A DNA stretch of 64,000 nt from an uncultured Armatimonadetes bacterium (lineage in GTDB: Bacteria > Armatimonadota > UBA5829 > DTJY01): contig OY970325.1 in assembly GCA_963717145.1 (NCBI GenBank), positions 4,608,001 through 4,672,000 on the forward strand, read 5' to 3'. The translations under genes and the position numbers were made by a program. Each line of letters starts with the position of its first letter. Position 1 is the stretch's first letter. The notes beneath the pieces were generated by a model. The model was not told the origin of the DNA, did no database searches, and saw only the letters and a program-made list of their open reading frames with translations. Of the stretch, positions 19,652 to 29,200 are shown in pieces.

Positions 19652-21025
19652 ATGGCACTGGTTCGTCCCCGGCTCAATGATCACTACGACCTTCCATTCA
19701 CGCAATCGGACGTAGACTTCGCCATTCCTCTGCTGGACGAGGACATCCCTCTGTATGCTGATCCATTCCTGCTGTGGAACTCCCCCTCACAGCAGGACAA
19801 CTCCCTCCATACTACTCTGATCAGCGCCTTCAATCATTTGGGACGCATGGCTCGGAAGGGCAAGGAGGATGAGGCAGCAGCGATACTCGTTGCCCTCTCT
19901 GAGTGCCGCGAGGTCGGACTGGGGAGCGCTCGCAACAAGCAGGGCCATAGGATAGGGAAGAAGACCGCTCTGGAGATTCTGTCGCTCTTCGGCAAGATTC
20001 CACAGGTGGCAGAGCAGGGATTTGAGCATATCGAGGAGGTCCAGCTTTTCGTGGACCAGATTGCGGCGGACCGCATAAGCGACATCACCTGCAGCGTGGT
20101 CAAGTCATTCCTGATCGACTTCACGATCGACCAGTGTGTGAAGTGGGGGATACCGAGGACAGCAGTAGTCGTGACGGAACTGCTTGACACTAAGCGCATG
20201 CGTCTGACCTCGGAGACTCTTGAACTGCCTGTGAACCCGAACAGTGGAAGTCCTGTGCTCCTAGTGCCAAAGCGATGGCTGCGATACCAGCCGTGGATCA
20301 ACTACGAGGACTATTTCGATGATGCGTACTGCAAAGCTGTTGCTCAGCCAGGCGATGGCAAGGTCGATAGGATAGCCGTACTGAACTACAACCGTCAGAA
20401 CTACGGCATGGTGCAGACCTACGTGCGCGAGAAAGAGCGTACGCAGGCCGACTGCAAGAACGATCCGCTGTTCAAGGCGATACCGATCATTTCGGCGAAG
20501 CGAAAGCTGGCGGAGATACGCAGACTGCCTACCGGTAAGACCGGCGACGCGGACAAACGATATGAGGATCTCGCGTGCCAGTTGATGGCGTCGATGCTTT
20601 ACCCTCAACTGGATTTCGCCGATGAGCAGAGCAGGACGGATTCCGGCGTCTTGATTCGTGACCTGATCTTCTACAACAACCGAGCAATGGACTTCCTGCG
20701 GGACATCCGCGAGGACTATGGAAGCCGTCAGATCGTCTTCGAACTCAAGAACGTAGCGAAGATCGAGCGAGAGCACATAAACCAGATCAACCGATACATG
20801 GCGGACCAATTCGGCAAGTTTGGCGTGATTCTTACGCGGAACCCCTTGCCCAAAGCCATGTTTCAGAGTACCATAGACCTATGGTCAGGTCAGCGAAGGT
20901 GCATTATCGCGCTCACTGACATTGATGTCGAGATGATGGTGACTCTGTTTGAGAGCAAGCAGCGGTTGCCAGCGGAAGTACTCAAGAAGGTATACTTAGA
21001 GTTCACTCGTGCTTGTCCAGCATGA
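19652..21025 (+). CDS. Hypothetical protein with a C-terminal PD-(D/E)XK nuclease-like region
   Basis: YEDL..IRDLIFYN..IVFELKN..HINQINRY; GAGGAGG RBS; TGCTATAAT at 19595. Confidence 0.65.
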   Translation: MALVRPRLNDHYDLPFTQSDVDFAIPLLDEDIPLYADPFLLWNSPSQQDNSLHTTLISAFNHLGRMARKGKEDEAAAILVALSECREVGLGSARNKQGHRIGKKTALEILSLFGKIPQVAEQGFEHIEEVQLFVDQIAADRISDITCSVVKSFLIDFTIDQCVKWGIPRTAVVVTELLDTKRMRLTSETLELPVNPNSGSPVLLVPKRWLRYQPWINYEDYFDDAYCKAVAQPGDGKVDRIAVLNYNRQNYGMVQTYVREKERTQADCKNDPLFKAIPIISAKRKLAEIRRLPTGKTGDADKRYEDLACQLMASMLYPQLDFADEQSRTDSGVLIRDLIFYNNRAMDFLRDIREDYGSRQIVFELKNVAKIEREHINQINRYMADQFGKFGVILTRNPLPKAMFQSTIDLWSGQRRCIIALTDIDVEMMVTLFESKQRLPAEVLKKVYLEFTRACPA

Positions 21026-21046
21026 CAGCGGAAAGGAGTATAGGCG

Positions 21047-21436
21047 ATGAAGGCTGAGGATGTCGATTTCTTTGAGAAGGTGCAGGCGCAGTTGGGACAG
21101 CTACACAAAGAGATGAGTGCTCTTGCCAAGAGCAAGGCCGACAACCCCGTCAACAAGTTCAAGCTGAAGCTAATGAACCAGAAGTTGGCGGAAGCCAACA
21201 CTATCCTCGTAGGTGGCTTCGCCCCGTTCGAGGACTTCGAGACTTTTCCCGAGGAGGACTTACCATCCAACAGTGACGTCGTGATGGTGCTATCCCAGTA
21301 TCTGGAGTGTCTTGAGGGATGGAGATCGGCCAACGTAGTATACAACCCCAGCGACTACGAATGGTATTGGAAGACTGATGATCGTAGCAGCATCAAGTCA
21401 CGACAACCGTCGAGGTTCCGAGTGAACGCAAAGTGA
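21047..21436 (+). CDS. Hypothetical protein, paralog A
   Basis: AAGGAG RBS; shares NKFKL, PF.DF, LPSNSDV, SQYL, WYW with the next gene. Confidence 0.85.
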   Translation: MKAEDVDFFEKVQAQLGQLHKEMSALAKSKADNPVNKFKLKLMNQKLAEANTILVGGFAPFEDFETFPEEDLPSNSDVVMVLSQYLECLEGWRSANVVYNPSDYEWYWKTDDRSSIKSRQPSRFRVNAK

Positions 21437-21462
21437 TGCAGAGAGGCGCAAAGCCAGGGACG

Positions 21463-21840
21463 ATGAAGAGGCAAGAAGTAGATGCGTTCGAGGCGCTCGA
21501 AGGACAGCTTGCCAGCTTGTACGACGAGATGCAGACCCTCGTAAAGAAGAGCCCGAATGACTTGATGAATAAGTTCAAGTTGCAGCTTGTAAACTCGATC
21601 CTGAAGCGGGTTAACGAGATGCTCGGTGATAAGCGCAAGCCGTTCCCCGATTTCTGCATGTTCGATCAGGACGTCTTACCTTCAAACAGCGATGTTCTCG
21701 TCATCGTCTCCCAGTATCTGAGTAGCATGGAGGAACTCAGAGTGGCCAACATCCACATGAGCGGGGGACGGTGGTACTGGACCATGACTGACGATTCCTC
21801 GACTAGGAGTGCCGCAACCCCGAGGAGGCTGCGCAAGTAG
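21463..21840 (+). CDS. Hypothetical protein, paralog B
   Basis: MKRQEVDAFE aligns with MKAEDVDFFE of paralog A. Confidence 0.85.
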   Translation: MKRQEVDAFEALEGQLASLYDEMQTLVKKSPNDLMNKFKLQLVNSILKRVNEMLGDKRKPFPDFCMFDQDVLPSNSDVLVIVSQYLSSMEELRVANIHMSGGRWYWTMTDDSSTRSAATPRRLRK

Positions 21841-22089
21841 TGGGATAGCCTGAGGTCGGCAGCTTGTGTTGAGCGAGATGCGGGACATCGATCAGCCTAT
21901 CAGATGTAAACAGCGCGGATTCGTTTCCTGTTTCATGGGGATCAGATCGGACGATCCCTAGTACCTTCTCGATTCCAGCTCTTCGCCACAGAAGTGCCCG
22001 CAAATGGAACCCCTATACCCCGTAGCCACCCCTAAAGATAGCACACTCCGATGCCGAAGATAGGGGTAGATCGCTCCATGCGCCGTTGC

Positions 22090-22290
22090 CCCTGATATCG
22101 AAACATCACAGGCGGCTATCCGGCGCGAAACGGTGCTTATCCCGGGCGAAGGGATACGTATCCCGGGCGAAAAGATAGCTATCCCGGGCGGCGGGATATG
22201 TATCTCGCCGGGAAGGATATGTATCTCGGCGCGGGGGATAGCGATCCCTCGCACCGGTATAGCTATCCCCGGCGGACCGATAGCGATCGG
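22090..22290. repeat. Phased array, 10 units, exact 21-bp period, palindromic core GATANNTATC
   Basis: (T/G)ATC at 22096, 22117, 22138, 22159, 22180, 22201, 22222, 22243, 22264, 22285. Confidence 0.9.
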
Positions 22291-22355
22291 ATTCGTAACG
22301 GGGGATGGGCGGGCGGATCGAGCGACCGTGCGACCCTCGGGAGGAGGAAATCATC

Positions 22356-23015
22356 GTGGCAAGAGATTACATCGTTCGGAAGGACCAGGAGTTCAATGCC
22401 TGGCTCGCGAACTTCATCACCAGTCTGAGTGCGCATTCGGCGGAATTCGGCCTTGTGCCGGAGGACCTGCTGCCCATCGAGGGCGAATCCACCGCCTTCG
22501 ATTCCGCGCTTACCTTACTGGAGCAGCGGCGAATCGCATTGAACTCGGCTTCGAAGAACAAGATGAGCAGGCGGGTCTCGACGGAGGCGGTCCTGCGCCC
22601 GCTCGTCCGCCGTATCACGGGCCATCCCGCGATGACCGACGGACTCCTGGGCCAACTGGGCCTGCCGGTTCGGAGAGTCCGCAAAGGAATCCTGCCGGTC
22701 GGACCAGAGGTCCCGGCGATACTCACCGAGGCCGCCCCGGGCCGGGTGATCATTCATTTTGGGACCGCGCCGGCGAACGAGCAGCGCAATGGAAAACCGG
22801 GATGGGCGAAGGGATGCAACATCTACCGCAGCAAGGCCGGCGAGTCTGACTTCCGGATGGTCGGCTTCGCGAGCGCATCTCCGTATGTCGATGAGGTGGT
22901 AGGAGCGGGATCGGATTACACGTACTACGTCCAGTATCGGGGAACGAAGGCCACCCAACTGGGTCAAGGCTCGCATCAGATGACCGTCGCGGCCCGTGGG
23001 TTGGAGGCGGCGTAG
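22356..23015 (+). CDS. Hypothetical protein (predicted helical N-term + FN3/Ig-like C-term), array-associated, copy 1
   Basis: GGAGGAGG RBS + GTG; homologous to 55786..56460. Confidence 0.85.
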   Translation: MARDYIVRKDQEFNAWLANFITSLSAHSAEFGLVPEDLLPIEGESTAFDSALTLLEQRRIALNSASKNKMSRRVSTEAVLRPLVRRITGHPAMTDGLLGQLGLPVRRVRKGILPVGPEVPAILTEAAPGRVIIHFGTAPANEQRNGKPGWAKGCNIYRSKAGESDFRMVGFASASPYVDEVVGAGSDYTYYVQYRGTKATQLGQGSHQMTVAARGLEAA

Positions 23016-23099
23016 GGGGAATGGTTGATGGGGGATGGTTCATGGTTGATGCCGGATCATTCCCCGTTTGCCATCGACCATCAGCCATCAACCATTCCC
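23007..23099. repeat. Heptamer (ATGGTTG)-based inverted repeat; first 51 bp shared with 55744-55794
   Basis: GGGAATGGTTGATGG...CCATCAACCATTCCC between convergent genes. Confidence 0.88.
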
Positions 23100-23653
23100 T
23101 ACATGTATTTCTCGCCGAGCCGGTCGAGGAGCGCGTGATATCGCTCGTGGACTCCCGGCCCGATGCGCTCCTGCTCGACCCGCTCGAATTCAGTCGTCAA
23201 CCTCGCATGCTCGTCCTCGCACAGATGCTGCTCGGCCATGCAGAAGAGGATGTTGTTCTCCTTCTCGATGTGCTCGGTGAGAAGCTGAACGTATCCATGG
23301 GCCGCCGATGCGAACGCCTTCCGCGCATCCGGATCGCCCTCACGGATGCCGGGCAGCGCATCGGCCATCCCTCGGACGAACTCCCGCCCACATTTGTGCT
23401 CGGTCAGCATCACGCCGATCGGCCCGCCCTCCCTCGGGATTCCGACCTTCTCGAGAGCGGGGAACAGCAGGTCCTCTTCCTTCCCATGGTGGCATCGGTC
23501 GGCAAATGTCTTGATGAAGTCCACCAGGCCGTCCAGATCGTCGGCCTCCACCGTGCGTCCGGCCTCGAGGTCGTCGGCCAGGCGGTCGAGGACGGCGATC
23601 GCGACCTTGATCCCCTCGTGTTCGTCTCGCAGTTCCTGGGTTGCGTATGTCAT
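23099..23653 (-). CDS. Hemerythrin domain protein, copy 1
   Basis: LRDEH, CHHGKEEDLLF, MLTEH, EHIEKENNILF. Confidence 0.92.
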   Translation of the reverse strand: MTYATQELRDEHEGIKVAIAVLDRLADDLEAGRTVEADDLDGLVDFIKTFADRCHHGKEEDLLFPALEKVGIPREGGPIGVMLTEHKCGREFVRGMADALPGIREGDPDARKAFASAAHGYVQLLTEHIEKENNILFCMAEQHLCEDEHARLTTEFERVEQERIGPGVHERYHALLDRLGEKYM

Positions 23654-23955
23654 GCATCATTGTTACCCGGAAGCGAGTGCAGCTACACGTCACGTGGTCC
23701 CCGGTGCTTCGGCAGCGCCGCCGGGCCTCTGCTACCGAAGCATCGGGGAATGGGGGGCGGCATTCTCCTTTGTCAGCAGGTCACTCTGACGGAGGGATGG
23801 AGCACAATATCTTTGTGAAGGAAGGAACAATCGCCGGCATGCCGAAGCATAGCGTAATGTAGTAAAATCAGAATGCACCTGCGGCGCTATCCGAGGGTAT
23901 CTCGGGCTGAGACAATGCCGCAGAGTCGCAGCAACATCGAGAGGAGTTTTCGCAA

Positions 23956-24243
23956 GTGCTTCACGAACCAGCATCACCTCAAGGGAAGGACTACGCGGCG
24001 GCGTTCAAGATGCGGTTGGGCGTCTGGATGTTCATCTGCTACTCACTGTTCTACGCCGGCTTCGTCGCCATCAACCTGTACAGCCCGGTGCTCATGGAGA
24101 AGATCGTGCTCTTCGGGCTGAACCTGGCCACGGTCTACGGGTTCGCGCTGATCATCGTGGCGCTGATCCAGGCCCTGGTCTACGACGGGCTCTGCCGCCG
24201 CCAGGAGCGTCTGCTCGGCGGGCGGTCGACCGAGGAGGAGTAA
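23956..24243 (+). CDS. DUF485/YjcH-like small membrane protein (ActP partner)
   Basis: Two TM segments, GLNLATVYGF; directly upstream of actP. Confidence 0.75.
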   Translation: MLHEPASPQGKDYAAAFKMRLGVWMFICYSLFYAGFVAINLYSPVLMEKIVLFGLNLATVYGFALIIVALIQALVYDGLCRRQERLLGGRSTEEE

Positions 24244-26156
24244 GTGACATGGTGCATCAGCATTTTCCTCGGATTCGTGCTCTTCGTCCTCGGCCTGTCG
24301 TTCTACCTCGGCAACAGAGACCGACGACCTCCAGCGGCTACTACGCCGCCGGCGGGCAGATCCACTGGGGCGTCAACGGCATCGCCTTCGCCGGCGACTA
24401 CCTTTCGGCCGCCTCGTTCCTGGGCATCTGCGGCATGATCGCCACCGTCGGCTACGACGGCTTCCTCTACTCCATCGGCTACCTGGCCGGCTGGATCGTC
24501 GCGCTCTTCGTCGTGGCCGAGCCGATGAAGCGGCTGGGCAAGTACACCTTCACCGACGCCGTGGACTCCAAGTTCAACTCGCGCGGCATCAAGCTGGCGG
24601 CCGCGATCAGCACGCTGGTCGTCTCCGTCTGCTACCTGATCCCGCAGATGGTCGGCGCCGGCGTGCTGGTGGAGCCGCTGCTGGGCCTGGCGCACCACTG
24701 GGGCGTGATCATGGTCGGCGCGATCGTCATCACCATCGTGGCCACGGCCGGCATGGCCTCCACGACCTACGTGCAGTTCCTCAAGGGCGCGCTGCTGATC
24801 GTCTTCTCGACGGTGCTGGTGATCGCGGTCTGCGTCCGCGGCTTCAACACCCAGCCCGACCAGGGCGGCAAGGTGCCGTTCCACGAGTACAAGACGCTGG
24901 CCGCGCAGAAGGTCGACGGACAGCTCGCGGTGACCGAGCCGGGCTGGCAGGTCGTCGAGGTGCAGGAAGTCAAGGCCGCCAAGGCGACGCTTCGCTCAAG
25001 CTGGCGAAGGACGGCAAGGAGACCTGGTGGCTGGTCGACGACAAGGACGGCGTGGTATCGCTGGAGGAGACGCAGTCCGTCGTGATCACCAAGGACGGCC
25101 GCAAGCTCATCAACGGCGCGCCGGCCTCGAAGGAGAACGCCCTGCGCCAGGTCGGCAACATCGAGCAGCTGCGCGGGCAAGAGGTAGCGCCGAAGGGCAG
25201 CGTCTCGCCGTTCGAGTTCCTCGCCGCCCTGTCCGACAAGGACACGGTCGTGCGCCGCTGGAAGGACGCGAAGTTCGCCGACAAGGACGGCGCCAAGGTG
25301 ACCGTCTACTTCCCGTGCGCACACCGAGGGCAACCAGCTGATGCGCCCGGGCCTGAAGTTCAAGGTGCAGGGCACGCCGCTGGAGAAGCTCGACTTCGTC
25401 TCGCTGATGCTGGCGCTCTTCCTCGGCACGGCCGCCCTGCCGCACATCCTGATCCGCTACTACACCGTGCCCAACCCGGCCAGCCGCGCGCAAGTCCACC
25501 ATCGTGGCCATCGCCGCCATCGGGTTCTTCTACATCCTGACGCTGTTCATGGGCCTGGGCGCGATGATCAACGGCGTGATGAACCCGGCCGACAGCAACA
25601 TGGCCGCGCCGCTGCTGGCCCGTTCCTTCGGCAACTTCCTGTTCGCCGTCATCTCGGCCATCGCGTTCGCCACCGTGCTGGGCACGGTCAGCGGCCTGAT
25701 CGTGGCCGCCTCCGGCGCGGTGGCCCACGACTTCATGCGACCGCTTCCTGAACCGTCAGATGGACGACCACCAGAAGATCCGAGCCGGCAAGATCTCGGC
25801 CTTCGTCGTCGGCGCCATCGCCATCGTCCTGGGCATCCTCTTCAAGGGCATGAACGTGACGTTCCTGGTCGGCCTGGCCTTCGCGGTGGCGGCGTCGGCC
25901 AACCTGCCCGCCGATCCTGATGCTGCTGTTCTGGAAGAGGACGACCGCCAAGGGCATCACGGCGTCCATCTTCGTGGGCATCGTCTCGTCGCTGGCGCTG
26001 ATCGCCTTCTCGCCGGACCTGTACAAGCTGTACGGCCTGGACCCGACCACGGCGCCCATCCCGTTCACCAACCCGGGCATCATCTCGATCCCGCTGAGCT
26101 TCCTCACGCTGATCGTGGTGTCGCTGGTCACGAAGCGGGTCGAGGCCGCGGCTTAG
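24244..26156 (+). pseudogene. actP: Cation/acetate symporter (SSS family) with about 6 frameshifts
   Basis: NGIAFAGDYLSAASFLG, GTAALPHILIRYYTVP, AFATVLGTVSGL, AASANLP, NPGIISIPL spread over several frames. Confidence 0.85.
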
Positions 26157-26167
26157 GAGATTAGTCC

Positions 26168-26278
26168 AACGGACGCCTTCCCGCGCGCTGTAGGGGCGTG
26201 CCTTGTGCCGCCCCCGGCGCGCGGTGAGACCAGGCGGCACAAGGCACGCCCCTACAGCGTTGCGGGGAGGCGTCCGTT
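26168..26278. repeat. Nested GTAG-type REP hairpin
   Basis: CGCTGTAGGGGCGTGCCTTGTGCCGCC...GGCGGCACAAGGCACGCCCCTACAGCG inside AACGGACGCCT...AGGCGTCCGTT. Confidence 0.85.
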
Positions 26279-26298
26279 CGAGGGCCGAGAGAGAGCGT

Positions 26299-29200
26299 AT
26301 GAAGGGTACCACGCGCGTCGATCTCCACTGTCACTCGATCTACAGCGACGGGACACTCGCGCCCCGCGACATTGCCGAACACCTCGCCGCGAACGGCGTG
26401 ACTGCGGCCGCCCTCACGGATCATGACAGCATCGACGGCCTCGCGGAGTTCTCGCGGACGTTGGCGCGTCGGGGAGTCGCACACATCACGGGCGTCGAGA
26501 TCACGGCCACGTGCCGGGGGAAAGAGGCGCACCTGCTCGGCTTCGGCTTCGATCCCGCGCACTCGGAACTCCGGACGGTCCTGCCGTCACTGCGTCAGGG
26601 CAGGACTCTCGACGTACATAGCATCGCCGGCTCCATCCGCAAGATGGGCTCGCCCCCTCAGACCGAGTCGGGCGCGGAGAGTGCCGGCTCTGACGGGCGG
26701 ATCGACATCTCCGAGGCGATCGCCCTCATCCACCGTGCGGGCGGATGCGCGGTCCTGGCGCATCCCTTGATCCTCGAACCGGACCTCGCCGAGCTGGAGA
26801 GTCTGCTGGCTGCTCTGAAGGACGACGGACTTGACGGCATTGAGGCGATCTACGAATCGTTCACCAACGATCAGCGCAAGCATCTGTGCGCGATGGCGAA
26901 GAGGCTCGACCTCATCGTGAGCGGGGGCACGGACGTTCACGACCGCAAGCCGCAGGACAGCTCAGAGGCGGGCATCCAGATGCCGACCGAGCTGTGGAAG
27001 GAGTTCCGCGACTCCGTCTGCTTCAACAATCCGCAGGCGCTGCAGGGCGTTCCCGCTTCGACCCCGCTGCACCCGCGGCGACGTCTGCAGTGGCGGCATT
27101 TCGCATTCCATTTCATGTTTCCCACCTTCCTGGCGATCGCGCTGTTCGTGACTGCCATCTATGCCGTCTTCCTCCCGACGTTCGAGAGGTCGCTCCTCGA
27201 CCGCAAGCGCGAGATGATACGGGAACTCACCAACTCGGCGTGGAGCATCCTGGCCGGGTATGAGCGAGATGAGCGAGCGGGCAGGCTGACTCGCGAACAG
27301 GCTCAGGAAATGGCTCGGTCGCGTGTCGAGTCGCTCCGCTATGGCCGCGAAGGCAAGGACTACTTCTGGCTGCAGGACATGCACCCGCGTATCATCATGC
27401 ATCCCTACCGGAAGGATCTGAACGGCAAGGATGTGTCGATCTTCCAGGATCCGCGCGGCGTTCGGATCTTCGTGAAGTTTGCCGACCTCGTCCGTCGCCA
27501 CGGGGAGGGCTACATCGAATACGTTTGGCAGTGGAAGGACGACCCGAGCCGCCTCGTCCCGAAGGAGTCGTACATCAAGGGATTCCAGCCGTGGGGATGG
27601 ATCATCGGGACAGGCATTTACATCGAGGATGTGAACGAGGAGATCGCGCGAGTCGAACGGCGTCTCGTTCATACATCGCTCGGCATCTCCTTGATCGTCG
27701 TCCTGCTTCTCCTCTACGTGATGCGTCAGAGTCTTTGGTTGGAACGCGAGCGCTCCGAGGCCGAAGAGAGCCTTCAGGAATCCACGGAACGGTATCGCTC
27801 GCTTGTCGAGGCCACCACCGAAGGCACGCTGCTGGTAATGCACGGCCGCCCTCGATATGCGAATCATATCTTCCTCAAGATGCTCGGATGCACGCAGCGC
27901 GAACTCGAGTTCCTCGATCTGTCGGACCTGTTCCCGGACATCAAGGACAACGAGCGCGCGAGGGCAAGTGTGAATCGCCTACTGCGCGGCGATGAGTCGG
28001 TGGAGGGCTTCGACGCCACAATGAAGCGACGGGACGGCACGCTCATCGAGTGCGTTCTGACCCCAAGCCGGATCTCGTTCGCGGGTGGAAGCGGCTTCAT
28101 CCTGCTGACTCGGGATGTCGGCATCACCCCCGAGGGCGGAGGAGTGCGGGACGGATTGGACAAGCGCTGGCATCGCCTTCAGCAGGTCGTGGACGGCCTC
28201 CCGGTCGGTCTCTTCCGTGCGCGGGCCAATTCACGGGGAGCACTGATCGACAGCAATCCGGCCGCTGTGAGGCTTCTGACCGTCGCGGATGCGCCCGATG
28301 ACGCGCCGATCACTCTGTCAGGTCTATTCGATGACGCCAGGCTTTACGACATGTTCCTGCAGGATCTCCGCAAGCAGGGAAGGGCCGAGCGCCGTTTCCA
28401 TGTCACCTCCAAAGACCCGGGCACGAAGATGGTGGCGATCGTCGCCGTTCTTGTGAGAGACAGTGGAGGGGGGGCCGACTACATCGACGGAATCGTACAG
28501 GACATCACCCTTCAGGATAAGCGCGCCACGGAGCTGAACGCGGTGGTGGATAAGCTCCAGGCCACCCTGCTCTTCCTCCACGAGCCGGTAAGCCACATCG
28601 GCCGCAGCATCGTCTTCTGCAAACTGGACACTCCCATCCGCTCCGTCGCGGCCCTCATGTCCGAGCAGGGGTCGAGCGCCGCCCTGATCCAATCGGATGA
28701 CGGCAGCACGGTGGGGATTGTGACCGACAGCGACTGTCGAGCGCGCGTCGTGGCCGCCGGACTCGATCGTCAAGAGCCCGTCTCGCGGATCATGAGTTCC
28801 CCTCTGGTGGTCATCCCCGAGAGCGCCGAGATCTACGAGGCTCTGCTGCTGATGGAACAGAAGGGTGTCCAGCACCTGGCGGTCGCCGATGAGGCGGGGC
28901 GGATAGTGGGGGTCGTCCGAAACCAGGAGCTTCTGCAGTTCGAGAGCTACGGCCCGATCGTGCTGACGCGGGAAGTGGAGCAAGCCGGTACGCCGGAGGA
29001 AGTAGTGGCGTGCTGTCGGCGCGCCCCGGGCCTGGCAAGATCGCTCCTGAACTGCGGGGCCCATCCGCGTCATGTGACCCGCATGATCTCGTCCGTCTGT
29101 GATGCCGCGACAGTGCGCCTGATCGCCCTTGCCGAAGCGGAACTCGGCCCATCGCCTCTACCATTCGTCTTCCTGGCACTCGGCAGTCACGGCCGGCAGG

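Noticed and set aside
22090-22290. CRISPR array interpretation of the 21-bp and 22-bp arrays
   Set aside because: Units are too short, repeats are degenerate, linkers are only 8-11 bp, and no cas genes are present.
22133-22849. ORF with a 7-aa periodic IPGEGIR-like repeat
   Set aside because: It overlaps the RBS-supported gene in another frame, and the sister array has a 22-bp period that cannot be a coding repeat.
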